Assembly: GCA_020184695.1 (NCBI GenBank)
Contig: JAANOX010000149.1
Location: 1 to 64,000, forward strand
Direction: 5' to 3'
DNA from: Histomonas meleagridis 2922-C6/04-290x
Taxonomy: Eukaryota; Protista; Parabasalia
Length of the DNA stretch: 64,000 nucleotides
The notes under the pieces are model-generated. The model ran no database searches and was not told the DNA's origin. It saw only the letters and a program-made list of their open reading frames with translations. Both the position numbers and the translations under genes were made by a program. Positions 23,266 to 34,901 of this stretch are shown piece by piece. Position 1 is the stretch's first letter. Every line of letters begins with the position of its first letter.

Positions 23266-25257
23266 ATGTTCTATATTTATTTTGTCAAATCCAATACAAT
23301 CAAACTTTATGTCAATTATGAAAACAATCGCGTTTTACTCAATTGGACAAGCAATTCATCTAATCAATTAGATTATACTGTATACTCTCAAAATGAAGAT
23401 TCCATATGGAAACCAATCAGTTTATTTGACAATAACACAAAAATCAGTGTACTTAATGTTTATCCATCGAGTACGAATATTAATGTAACTTTTTATTATG
23501 GTAACAATATTGAAAATCGAACAGTTTCTTCAGCACTCCAAGTTTGGCTCGAAGGAGGTAGTTATGAAACTAAAACAGAAATTTTTTCATTTGATAATTT
23601 AGTGGGAAAAGATAATGATAAATTCATAACCGTTAAACCAATTTCATCGAATGAATTTGAAGATATGGAATTCGATGAAATGAAAAACTATGATGTCATA
23701 GTCATTGGATTTATGGATAGCAATGGCGGCTATCAATCTCTTCCAAGTAATGATACAGTTGATCGTCTTTCATCGTACATTGATGAAGGCTATGGAGTTC
23801 TCTTAGGGCATGACTCTGTTGGGTATTACTTTGGCAATTCTTTTGGTTATGGAAGAATTGCATCTAAATTTGGTATCGTATTAGGAACAGAGGAATGTTT
23901 TAAAGAAAATCATTGTTCAAATGGAACACTATCTCAACGATGGATGTATTGGAGCAAAGACTTCCATGTTGCTACGCGCGGGTTATTAAATAGTTATCCA
24001 TACAAAATTCCCGATGGAAACTATTCGATTAATCTTACGCACACATGTTCGAATGCAGCGTTCGGAGATGTATGGATGGAATTAGGAGAATTAGATGTAC
24101 CAGAAAAAGAATATCCTGGAAATTATACTGAAATCGCAAATTTTACAATGAAACTTGATGGTTACAATGAGGAAAGACATGGAAATTGGAAATATTATTT
24201 AACAACATATAATAATACAGCGATGACCCAAACAGGCCATACATTAGGTAATATAACATTATTTGAAAGACAACTTTTGGTGAATACAATTTGTTATTTA
24301 TACCAAAAAACAAAACTTCAATATGCTTATGATAATTCTGTCGTTATGCCGATGTTGAAGTTAAATATTACTGAAAGAAAAGACATAAATGGAATTGAAG
24401 TAAACGCAGCAAATGAAACCAAAATAATTAAATATAAAGTAATTGGGAAAGAAAATGATAATAAAAACGAAACTTATGAATCAGATGAAACTGAATTTAA
24501 CTTTACAGTATATCCAAAATGTTATTATTATATAATCGATAGCAATGAATTGACAATAATTAATGAAACAACAGAATACACTAAAGAAGAATGTCGGGAA
24601 AATTTCGTTATTGGAAACATCGGTGATAAAATATATGTACATGTTGCAGTGCGTGATAATTTAGAAAGACTTAGCGAAACATCGCATTACTTCATGGAAC
24701 TTCCACCGCAAACTAACACATTTTCTAAATCGAATCCTTTTTCTAATTCAAATACATTTACAGAGTCATTTCAATTCGATGTAGTTGTGTCTCATTCATT
24801 TAGTTTAATGTACTCTCATTTTGTAACCGAATCATTAACTATGTATTATTCATCGATGACAAAGACATTCATTCAGTCATCAATGCATTTATCTCAAACA
24901 TTTATTATCACAGATTCCATTTTTTATGAGTATTCCGTAATCAAATATTCGACATTGTATACATATTATTCCAATTTCTTTGTTTTCATTACGATTGAGA
25001 ATAGTAATTTCATAAAATCAGATGGAATAGATACGAAAGTTTTAATTGGAATAATTTGTGGCGTTGTTGCCTTCATATTAATTATTATCGGAATTGTTGT
25101 TCTGCTCATTAAAATTCATAAAGGCAAAAAAGAAATTGAAAAAAATTCGATTTTCGAAAATGTTACATCAGATGATCGTTTATATGAAACTAAAGAAGAA
25201 AATGTGTCGAATGCAGTCATTAATGAGGTGAAAGAAGAGAAGGACAATTGGCTTTGA
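23266..25257 (+). CDS. Type I surface protein with a Firmicutes-like (DUF5057/GATase-like) extracellular domain; probable start is ATG 23266
   Basis: Inr TCATTT at 23248; motifs VLNVYP, YDVIVIGFMDSNGG, GYGVLLGHD, YYLTTYNNTAMTQTGH; S/T/F-rich stalk, TM GIICGVVAFILIIIGIVVLLI, short tail. Confidence 0.65.
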   Translation: MFYIYFVKSNTIKLYVNYENNRVLLNWTSNSSNQLDYTVYSQNEDSIWKPISLFDNNTKISVLNVYPSSTNINVTFYYGNNIENRTVSSALQVWLEGGSYETKTEIFSFDNLVGKDNDKFITVKPISSNEFEDMEFDEMKNYDVIVIGFMDSNGGYQSLPSNDTVDRLSSYIDEGYGVLLGHDSVGYYFGNSFGYGRIASKFGIVLGTEECFKENHCSNGTLSQRWMYWSKDFHVATRGLLNSYPYKIPDGNYSINLTHTCSNAAFGDVWMELGELDVPEKEYPGNYTEIANFTMKLDGYNEERHGNWKYYLTTYNNTAMTQTGHTLGNITLFERQLLVNTICYLYQKTKLQYAYDNSVVMPMLKLNITERKDINGIEVNAANETKIIKYKVIGKENDNKNETYESDETEFNFTVYPKCYYYIIDSNELTIINETTEYTKEECRENFVIGNIGDKIYVHVAVRDNLERLSETSHYFMELPPQTNTFSKSNPFSNSNTFTESFQFDVVVSHSFSLMYSHFVTESLTMYYSSMTKTFIQSSMHLSQTFIITDSIFYEYSVIKYSTLYTYYSNFFVFITIENSNFIKSDGIDTKVLIGIICGVVAFILIIIGIVVLLIKIHKGKKEIEKNSIFENVTSDDRLYETKEENVSNAVINEVKEEKDNWL

Positions 25258-25284
25258 TGTGAGTCAATGAAATAATTTTGTCTG

Positions 25285-25300
25285 TATATATATATATATA
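25285..25300. repeat. (TA)8 microsatellite
   Basis: Direct reading. Confidence 0.9.
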
Positions 25301-25707
25301 ATAAAAGAATATAAATATTTTATTACTGTTGAAAATATTTCCATTTGTAAATATAAATTAAAATGTTCCATATAATTATCGCAATCAAATTTTTTATTGT
25401 TGAATTATTAATGCATAAAACTATGAAGTTTCACATGTATTTTTTGTTTTCATTCCAAGCTTCATCAGGAGTTTCCTCATTCTTGTCAAATAGCGTAGAA
25501 ACTCTTACAAAATATTTACATTGATTTGACTTTTTTATATGTTTATTTTTTATTATGCACTTTTGAAATAAGCATTACTTTGTTTGGTTTACAATAAACG
25601 TCGTTTCTGGAAATTGAATACCTCATGTAATTCGTTATATTTTCAATATTGAAAATATATCTGGTCAAGCACTTTTAACGTATTCAAAGAGGCTACATTG
25701 CACAATT

Positions 25708-26922
25708 ATGAACCGGACTCTATCAAATGAAGCCATTTCTCATTCTCTCCAACGAAGTGTTTCAACAGGATATTGCATGCCAAGTTCACAAATTCATTAT
25801 TCATTTTCTCCTTCATATTCACCAGATACCAAAAAGGTTCATCTAATAACTTCTGATCTTTGGGAAGCTATTACCGGTGAAAAACTATCTCCTTCTATCA
25901 TCTGTCAAATTCTTGATAAAGCTATTCCAATGGGAGATACACAGATACAAATGGTTCAAGCATCAATGGAATATGTTTTTATGTCGCAAGATCGACAAGG
26001 AAGCAGAATTGTTCAGAGCCATATTGATGAAGGCACTCCTAGTGAGCGAACTCTTATATTTAATAGTTTGTATCCACATTTAAATCAGTTAATTTATGAT
26101 GCTTCTGGAAACTTTGTAATCCAAAAGCTATGTGAACATATAACAGAAGAACAACAGAAGCATATGCTAAATTTCTTTTTACGTCATATTCAAACAATAA
26201 TTGATCATCAAAATGGTTGTCGAGTACTTCAAAAATTCATTGAGTATACCTCTACTGCTAACATTGGTATGATTTTCAACACACTTAAACCCTCATTAAT
26301 TCCACTTTGTTTTTCCCAAAATGGGAATCACATTGTCCAACGATTTATTGAATCACTTCCCAATCGTATTCCCGAGATCATTGAATGTACTAAACCACGT
26401 CTATTAGATCTTGTCGTTGACAATTGTGGGTGTCGTGTCGTCCAAAAATTATTTGACAAATGTCCCATTGAACAACTTGAATCATTTGTCCAAGATGTTT
26501 TAACATGTCCTGTTATGTTAGCGATGAACCAGTATGGGAACTACGTTGTCCAGAACATCCTCGAGGCTGGCAAACGCGAACACGTCACATCGTTAATTAA
26601 CTCTTTCAAAGGTCACTTTTACGAATTTTCAATACATAAATTCGCATCAAACGTAATCGAAAAGTGCATCAGAGCGGCCACGAGAAACGGTCAACACGCA
26701 ATATTTGAAGAAATAATTGGTGACGAACAACACTTTAATGAGGATAGAATCCTGAGATTGATTAATGATCAATTCGGAAATTATGTAATACAAAGAATTA
26801 TTGAATATGGAAGTGAAAGTCAGAAAAATGAAATCTGTGAAGTTGTGTATGATAATTATGATAACTTGGATGGTAGCTACGCTAGACATGTGATATCGAA
26901 GCTGGAGAAGTTCGGATTATAA
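25708..26922 (+). CDS. Pumilio/PUF RNA-binding protein
   Basis: PUF repeats SQDRQGSRIVQ, DASGNFVIQK, QNGCRVLQK, QNGNHIVQR, NCGCRVVQK, QYGNYVVQN, KFASNVIEK, QFGNYVIQR. Confidence 0.95.
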   Translation: MNRTLSNEAISHSLQRSVSTGYCMPSSQIHYSFSPSYSPDTKKVHLITSDLWEAITGEKLSPSIICQILDKAIPMGDTQIQMVQASMEYVFMSQDRQGSRIVQSHIDEGTPSERTLIFNSLYPHLNQLIYDASGNFVIQKLCEHITEEQQKHMLNFFLRHIQTIIDHQNGCRVLQKFIEYTSTANIGMIFNTLKPSLIPLCFSQNGNHIVQRFIESLPNRIPEIIECTKPRLLDLVVDNCGCRVVQKLFDKCPIEQLESFVQDVLTCPVMLAMNQYGNYVVQNILEAGKREHVTSLINSFKGHFYEFSIHKFASNVIEKCIRAATRNGQHAIFEEIIGDEQHFNEDRILRLINDQFGNYVIQRIIEYGSESQKNEICEVVYDNYDNLDGSYARHVISKLEKFGL

Positions 26923-27834
26923 TTGTTATTTTTATTATTAAAATTTGGTTGAAAAATTTTCTTTTTTTCATATTTACCTGTATTAATTATATGTGCATTA
27001 TTCATTTTTAAACATTTAAAACAATTAAATGCAGAAAAAAATGCTGCATATTCAATTAATGAAACATCTTTCATAAAGTGATGGTTTAATTATTTGATTA
27101 AAATTAAAATCTTCTTGTGATGATATTTCTTGAAGGTCTTCTATTTCATCATTTCAAATTATTTTCATTTAGATTATGTTCTTCTTTAATTAATTACTTA
27201 CATTAAATAAATTTGTTCAATTATTTTTTTCGATGATATAATATGCTTCTTGTGATTTCAATTGATTCTCTTTGAGATGAAAATGCTGAATAAATTAAAA
27301 CAACAAATAAACAATTAAATATACAAGGAAAATCTTCTTCAAATAAATTCATAGTTTGCACAACTGAAATGATTAAATTTTTTTCAGTGACATTATAAAT
27401 ATATTTTTAAGTTAACTTGGAGAGCAATCCAAACATATTTCTGTTTCCAAAGAATTAGTTGTGCTATCTTTTCCAAGACACTGATTTTTTCGAACATGTG
27501 AAGAAATGTTATATAATCGTTTCAAAAACAGAAATATTGAATAATAAGTTTTATATTTATATTTACAGGTTTTATATCAGCCAATTTTTCTTTCCGCCTA
27601 CTTGACTTTTTTTCATAGAAATGAAATATCAATTTAATTCTTTACACATATTTCTAATGGTTCTGATATATCAATTTGATAACGAACATCGAAAATATCG
27701 ATCATTATCTATGCTGTTTTTATATTCATAGAAAATTTCGTGATTATCATTCACATATCCAAACAATATTAATTTAAAATAACATTTATTCAAACAAGTT
27801 AATATTCCTTTGTTCCAAGCAACAAAACAAATTA

Positions 27835-29483
27835 CTATTCCTTTCTAATTTCTTGATCAAAAATCAAGTTATAAGTATTAATATTTCTTTGGTACGCTTC
27901 CAGATTTAATTTCTCGTCCAAAACGCTCAAATCTATATCTTTCTGCTTCAGTAACAATTTCATTATTTGGTAATGTCCTTCTAACAATGCTATTTCCAAA
28001 GCCGATTGAAAAAACCCTAAAAAACATTCAAACAACAAAACAAACAGCATTATTCTTTGCGTTGATATCAATATTTTTACAACTTAGAATCATTGACATT
28101 ATTTCATAATCACCGAAATATGCAGCTTGATGTAACAAATTTTCTTTTTCCACCAAAGAATCGATTAAACCTTCTTTTATGAAATATCTTACAGTATCAG
28201 GAATACGTCTACAAATAGCATATGAAATTGGCGAAATGTTTTCGTTAAATATCTCAAAATTTGGGTATTTAGAAAGAAGTTTAAAACCATCTGAAGGGAA
28301 AGTTATAGAAGCAGAAAAAGGTGTTTCGAAAGTATTAAACAAACTCCAAATATAAAAATCAAATATTCATATTTCTAATGTTAAAATTTACTCCTTTTTC
28401 TAATAAAAAAAGTATTAAATGTATGTTACATGATTCAACAGCACTAAAAACGACGTTTCGATGATTCGTAGGATCTTCAATCGGATGACCAATGTTTAAA
28501 AGCCATTTAAAGATATCATTTCGATGGACTTTCGCAGCGACATTTATAGCACTTGAAAAATCATTTCCATTCCGATTTAATATGCGTATAATTTCATTAT
28601 TTCCTCCAATAATTGCACTCTCAACAACGCCGCGAAGATTTGCACCGACTAAAAGTAAATATTTAAAACATTTTATAGAACCACAACGTGCTGCAAACTC
28701 AATTAATGTCTTCATAAACATATGTGGTGGTGAAAAAATGGATTCGCCAATCATTTGATTTAAATCAAAATTTGGATCATGTGAAATATATTTTTGAAAC
28801 TCTTCGACCGAATCAGTAAATAAAAAATCAATAATAAAATTTCCGCTTTTCATATCTTCACGGCGTTGTTTATGAATATACCAATTATCGTTAGAAAGTA
28901 ATGAATATTCAGATGCAAATTGTTTAATATATTGCGCTGCAAATTGTTCTGTGGCTTCAATTGTTATATGTTGAAGAAATGTCGTGAAAAGTTGGTGATC
29001 AAGTTCTTCAACTTCAGGTGCAAAAAAACAAAAAAGTGTGGCGATATCCGAAATCTTATCAGGTTCTCTTGCAAGACTTTGTTTAATAAGTAAAACTATA
29101 TCGTATTTAGAAAATAAATTTCCATCCATACAAAAATATAAAAAAAATAATGTCCGAGAATCAATCCGGCGAGGAACAATTATTGGGAAAAAAGCAGTTT
29201 TTAAATATTCCAAGGAATTACTTGGACTTTTTAGGGCATATAATTCACGAGTTAAACGAGCATATAGCGAAATTGACATATAGCGATATGATACTGTGAA
29301 AATTATGTGACTTGCGAGTTGAATAATCCTCTCTTTTGAAGTGATAAAAATTGATGATATTAAAGATTTTTTAACAAACTCAAAATTATTTTCATTCAAG
29401 CCAAATAGCCAATTCTGTAAATCAGAAACTGCGTATGCTTCTTCAAGCGTTTCTTTATCGAATAGATCTGTGAGATTTGTCAT
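27835..29483 (-). CDS. DUF3447/ankyrin-repeat protein interrupted by two 46-nt AT-rich spacers (28325-28370 and 28006-28051)
   Basis: IEFAARCGSIKCFKYLL...AIIGGNNEII; ankyrin blocks resume at TPF and SAL after each spacer; three ORF pieces are collinear. Confidence 0.7.
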
Positions 29484-29852
29484 TAAGGGTTTCCATATAA
29501 TAAACGTTCGTAAAAATCAAAAAAAACATTTTCAATTTTCCTATGTTTCTCTAAATGATATTTTAATAAAAGCATCAAAAAATTATATGAAATGTACAAA
29601 CCATATAAAAATGCTTCGATATTATGAACATTAACTAAAAATATAATTTTTTCATAAATTTGCATTCAACATTTAATACTGTTTTTTTTATAAGTAATTA
29701 ACTTAATAATCGATTTTTGCTATATTAAGTTATAAAAATTGATTTGATTAGTTAAAATAAATGAAAACAAAGTTCCAAAACCAGAAAAAAATGGACGATA
29801 CAGATAATTTCTATAGTTTATTTGATACATTGGCACTTTTAAATCATTGGTC

Positions 29853-32756
29853 ATGCAGGAAGAGATCGTTGAGCAGTTGCTTTTAAGACTAACCCAAAAT
29901 TCAAATGAAGCTCAAGATGTCACAATAAAGTTAACACCATTAATTGAAAATCCAGTCAGCATTATTATTTTTTTAAATACATATCAAATGTCAGAAAATC
30001 CTTCTGTAAAAAATCTTGCTATTGTTTTGCTTGGTAGATGCGTTGAAAATCATTATGCTTCATTAAGTGATGATGATAAAATTAATGTTCAAAAAAACAT
30101 TCTAACAAGTTATTTCAATACTGCAGACCCCAACACGCAAATTCTTATTCTTGGTGTTTTATCTCGAATTATTAAATCATCTGACATAACTGAATGCCCG
30201 TTAATTATTCAAAGCATTTATAATAACATGAATGAGAACACTGCAATTCCATCCATTAATCTTCTTTCCGAAATTATTTATAAATTTACTCCTGAATTAA
30301 TTTCTAGTAACATTGATAATTTATTACAAATCTCATTACAAGGGTTACAAGTCCAAGACGCCAATGTATTGATTTCTTCTGTCCATATTACCCTTATAAT
30401 ATATCCCACTGCGATAGAGTTACAAAAAGATCTTTCCCAACATGTCCAATTAATTTTAGCCATATCTGCCACCATATTTCCTAATGAAGGAATCATCTCC
30501 AGTGTATGGACCGAACTTAGTGAGCCTATTTCAGGTAACTATTTTTCAGATGAGATCTTATCACAATTATATCAAAACATGTTAATAATAGCACAAAATT
30601 CGACGCTATCAGTTTCCACACGTTTCACTCCAATTGAAGCTATGAATAGTTGTCTCGAAAAGTTTGACACTAATATGTATTCACAATATTTAGATCTTAT
30701 ATTTCAATTGTCATCACAACAAGTTTTTGAAGAACAAACGTTACCAAATGAATTTGTCAATATCATTGAATTGTCATTAGAGAAATTACCGAAATTAACA
30801 ATATATCAAATGATCAAAGAACGTTCTATAGCATTTTTAATGCAACCAGATTTCCAATATCATGTAGTTGCAATATTTATGTTAGGAATAATATTAGCAG
30901 CAGCACCAGAAGCTGCATATAAAGATTTAAACTTTTTAATTTCCACGTTTTCTACAGCATTAAATGAGAACAATGATTTAATAAGTGCAGCCGTATGTAC
31001 CGCATTAAATAAGTTTGATGAATCATTCCATTCAATTGATGTCTTTGCATTAGAATTCTTACCACGTATAATACCATTATTAATATCACAAAACCAAGAG
31101 ACACGATTAGAAGCTAATAATGCGATGCATTGTTTATGCGGTTTAATCGATACACAAATTCCAGGATTTTTCCAAGCTATATGGGGTATTAAGGATCAAG
31201 TTTCGATTGAAGAGAATCCAGGATTCATAGATTATATTGCAACAGCTATAGAGAAGACATCAGATTTTGGAGATGAAGAAGTCGATTTAATTCTTGAATA
31301 TATTCAACCGATATTTACTAATCCTCAATACATTGATATATCAACTTCATTTTTAATTATAGTTTCTACGTTAATTACATTTTCTGAATCGTTATCTAAT
31401 GATTTAATACCTTATACTATACCAATATTGGATCATTTCTTATGTAATTACCAAGATAAAAATGAAGATTCAATCATAGATTGTATGATATATATTGGTT
31501 ATATATATAAAGTTTTACAAGAAAATATATTCGAAGGATTCAATAAATATATTCAACAATTATTAATAATAGCAAATGATGAAAATATTTTGGAAAGAAT
31601 TAGAATACAATCAATTTCAACTTTAAGTTTCATTACAAAATATACAAAAAATGGAGAACTTGCAAAAGAAATTCAACCTTTAGTTTGTGACATATTAAGT
31701 AATGAAGAACCTGAATTAATAGAAATAGGGATTAAAGCTACAAATTCGATTACACAATTATTAGGGCCGGAAGACTCAAAACAATTGTTCTTAACTTTAA
31801 TAGATTTATGTAATGATACTGATAATAGTCGAATCATTTGTGATGCGATAAAACCGATTGTAAACCTTTTAAAACACGCCCACCCCGAGAACGTTACGTG
31901 CTTTAATGAAAAAACATATTTGTTATTAAATGCATTTATTAATGGGTCATTTAAGTTCATGAACTCACCACCATTATCAGGTGAATGTGATATGATCTTA
32001 ATGACTAATATTGCATATTTAATAACACAACTTGTCAAAACTAATTCACCATATATTAATGATATATGTAAATTCATGTTAAGTATAATCAATATACCAA
32101 ATGAACCATCGATATATGCATTCATTGGCGCATATTCTGATGCTATCCTTTATGGAACAGTATCAAATGAATTAATTCAACAACTTTTAGTCTTAATTCC
32201 AAATTTGATCTCAATAGCTGTTGATCCAAGTTTACAACAAAACATATGTTATTTGTTTAACATATTAATACAAAAGCAACCTTCGTTTATAAATGAAATA
32301 ATACAATTCGTTGGTATCATTTGGAAATGGTATGAAAATGCAAAAAACCAAAAAACTGGTTATCAACTTTTGATATCGAACATTGCTTCTTTGTTCTTAA
32401 CCATGTTTTCTAATGGTGTACAATTAGATGAATCCATCCTAATGGCTGCGTTGTCGGAAATACCTCCTGTCGATGAGGAAGAAACTGTATCAATGCTGCA
32501 AAACGCTACGAAAATTTTGCAGAACTTTAAGGGAATATCTTTGGAAACAGTGAAAAGAGCTGCAAAAGGTTTCGCTGAAGTGTTGCTGATGAATGAGGCA
32601 AACTTAAAGAGAAGAAATGTAAATGAAAATATGTTGCAAAACGTGAAACAATTCTTGAAGAATATGTTGCAGAATCAACAAATCGTTGAGTTCTTACAGA
32701 TGTCGTACCAAAGATCGAAGGCAAAGTTGGCAAAACTACAGAAAATGTTGTTATAA
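29853..32756 (+). CDS. Importin-4/5 (Kap123-like) karyopherin-beta; true start ATG 29853
   Basis: EQLLLRL...NPSVKNLAIVLLGRCV N-terminus; about 970 aa of HEAT repeats; Inr TCATT upstream. Confidence 0.75.
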   Translation: MQEEIVEQLLLRLTQNSNEAQDVTIKLTPLIENPVSIIIFLNTYQMSENPSVKNLAIVLLGRCVENHYASLSDDDKINVQKNILTSYFNTADPNTQILILGVLSRIIKSSDITECPLIIQSIYNNMNENTAIPSINLLSEIIYKFTPELISSNIDNLLQISLQGLQVQDANVLISSVHITLIIYPTAIELQKDLSQHVQLILAISATIFPNEGIISSVWTELSEPISGNYFSDEILSQLYQNMLIIAQNSTLSVSTRFTPIEAMNSCLEKFDTNMYSQYLDLIFQLSSQQVFEEQTLPNEFVNIIELSLEKLPKLTIYQMIKERSIAFLMQPDFQYHVVAIFMLGIILAAAPEAAYKDLNFLISTFSTALNENNDLISAAVCTALNKFDESFHSIDVFALEFLPRIIPLLISQNQETRLEANNAMHCLCGLIDTQIPGFFQAIWGIKDQVSIEENPGFIDYIATAIEKTSDFGDEEVDLILEYIQPIFTNPQYIDISTSFLIIVSTLITFSESLSNDLIPYTIPILDHFLCNYQDKNEDSIIDCMIYIGYIYKVLQENIFEGFNKYIQQLLIIANDENILERIRIQSISTLSFITKYTKNGELAKEIQPLVCDILSNEEPELIEIGIKATNSITQLLGPEDSKQLFLTLIDLCNDTDNSRIICDAIKPIVNLLKHAHPENVTCFNEKTYLLLNAFINGSFKFMNSPPLSGECDMILMTNIAYLITQLVKTNSPYINDICKFMLSIINIPNEPSIYAFIGAYSDAILYGTVSNELIQQLLVLIPNLISIAVDPSLQQNICYLFNILIQKQPSFINEIIQFVGIIWKWYENAKNQKTGYQLLISNIASLFLTMFSNGVQLDESILMAALSEIPPVDEEETVSMLQNATKILQNFKGISLETVKRAAKGFAEVLLMNEANLKRRNVNENMLQNVKQFLKNMLQNQQIVEFLQMSYQRSKAKLAKLQKMLL

Positions 32757-34053
32757 AATGTAAAATTTTGTTAACCAAAATATAATAAAATGACTTATTA
32801 AATATTTTTATTGTTCGTTATAGATAAGTTATTGTTCAATATATTTTTTCGATCACGATGAAATTTTCCTTATTTTAATGATATATTACTAACATTAAAC
32901 ATTAAAATTTATTTTTCTTTGAATTGAATGATTTATGTTGAATGAATTACAAAAATTGCGTTGTCACTTTTTGTTTCAAAATAAAAATAGTAAACGGCCG
33001 ATATTTTTCATTGTTACGAATTCCAAAACGAGGTAATTATACAGGTTATTTTATTAAAATTTTAAATAGAGGTCCAGATGGTGTTCAACAAAAAAATCAT
33101 ATTCAAGAAAATCACAATCAAAAAAGAAATAAGAAAATTGTTAACACAAAAAAGAAGAAACAAATCAATGAAGCTAAAACTAAAACTAACCATCACAAAA
33201 CGAAATTAAAAGCGAAGCATAATGAAAATAATTGGCGAACGAATAATAAAGTTTTTAGAAGAAAAGTTCCAAGAGTTTTTGTCTTTTGAAAGGAATAGAT
33301 AAACTTGCTAAAAAGAATTATGATGATAAAGTAGATATTGATAATATTCAAACAGAAGATTCTTTTATATCGTCTACAATTTCAGATTTTCTCAAACTTG
33401 AACAAAATCTTTCAATTTCATCAGAAAATGAAACAGAAGAAGAGACAGAACAATTTCGGTACAATTTTCTTGATGATTATTCAGAAGGATTTTTATCAAG
33501 TGAAGAAAATTATTTTACAAATTCATTTAATTTAAAATCTTTCATTGAAAGTTATTTACCAAAATCAATTTATGAAACTCTTTGTAATAATGCAAGACAT
33601 AATGTGAAAGAATTTTTATTTTCAAACTTCAAAGATAAAACGACAAAATTTTCAGATCATCATGAAAATGTTCAACTAATCATTGATACGATTACAGAGA
33701 TTATTGACGACACGAATGAATTTCCAGACGATTATTCTGATTTCATCAATCAACTTGTTGTTAAATTAACACGAAAACCATTTTCAGTCACGAAAACATT
33801 TGAAAGGATTGAAGAAGAATTTGAAAATGAAAATCTTGAGACAGAACTCGAAAATATTCAACAAATTAGTGAAGAAATATTAAACCAAAATTTAAAACTA
33901 ATTATAGGACTTAAATAAAATAAAATAAAATCAATTAATATGAGACGAATAGAACTTGTCTCATTTTGTTTGAATAAAAATTTCCTATTTTTAAAAGTTA
34001 TGTGATTTTTATAATTTAAAATGTTTCTATTCTTTTGTAGTGCTGTTTCTAGT
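32716..34053 (+). repeat. Inverted duplication arm B (homology continues, more diverged, to about 34460)
   Basis: Reverse complement of 17275-18624; includes the last about 40 nt of the importin CDS. Confidence 0.95.
32942..33918 (+). CDS. Hypothetical K/N-rich then acidic protein; one 324-aa ORF if two extra T's near 33255 and 33279 are removed
   Basis: ORFs 32942-33289 and 33286-33918 fuse in frame using the arm-A alleles (NNKVLEEKFQEFCLLKGIDK). Confidence 0.55.
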
Positions 34054-34700
34054 GTTTGATTCAACATATACGCTTACAAAAGACATTTGACTTATGATTT
34101 CTCCTTATGTATATTCACCAATGATTATTAATATGGTTCTTCCGGAAGGAGTTACAGAACCAAGATCAATTAAAATATATTTTGATGAACCGAATGATAT
34201 GTTTCAATCAGAATTATTTAATAAAACTTTTGATGTATTTTTTTAATGAAAAAAATAAGTATGATCGTAATGCAACAATAGGATTTACTTTCACAGGAGA
34301 ATGGAATAACATTCGAAACTCCAATTTAACACTTCTTGCATCAGATCTTAATAGAAAGTTCATTGATGTCACAGGAATTCCAGCAAACATTAATTATACA
34401 CTTAGTGATGACAAAATATTCCATATCACAGAAGCAAGTGAAGGAAGTGATGATGGTGATGAAACTGAAATCATCACCGAATCACAAACTGCTATTAGTA
34501 ATTTAACTGAAACAGCAAGTACAACTATAATCGAAATTCGAAGCGAAAGTGAAATTATTACTCAAGCAGAAAGTGAAATAAGCATCGAACCAGAAACAGA
34601 AAATGCAGTGTACACTCCGTCATATGGATCCAATACTCGCTTGCCTCATTACAATTCTCATTGCATTTGTGTATGAATCTGCGTTCAACTGTTAAATAAA
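34021..34700 (+). pseudogene. Degenerate paralogue of the 16213-17307 surface protein
   Basis: Same first 11 codons, then an about 575-bp deletion, TGA at 34068 and frameshifts; keeps an extra T/E-rich stalk. Confidence 0.85.
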
Positions 34701-34858
34701 AATTTTTGAATTATACCAATTTACCCATCGCCAAAAATGAAACTTTTAACTTTTTTAAGTGATATTAATTATATTTCTAAAATTTTTTTATAAATTAATG
34801 ATATCAATATCATATTATTTGGTACACAACAAATCGACATAACTCATTGAGTACTCAT

Positions 34859-34882
34859 CACACACACACACACACACACACA
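34859..34882. repeat. (CA)12 microsatellite
   Basis: Direct reading. Confidence 0.95.
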
Positions 34883-34901
34883 AAAAATACTTAACGAGAT
34901 T

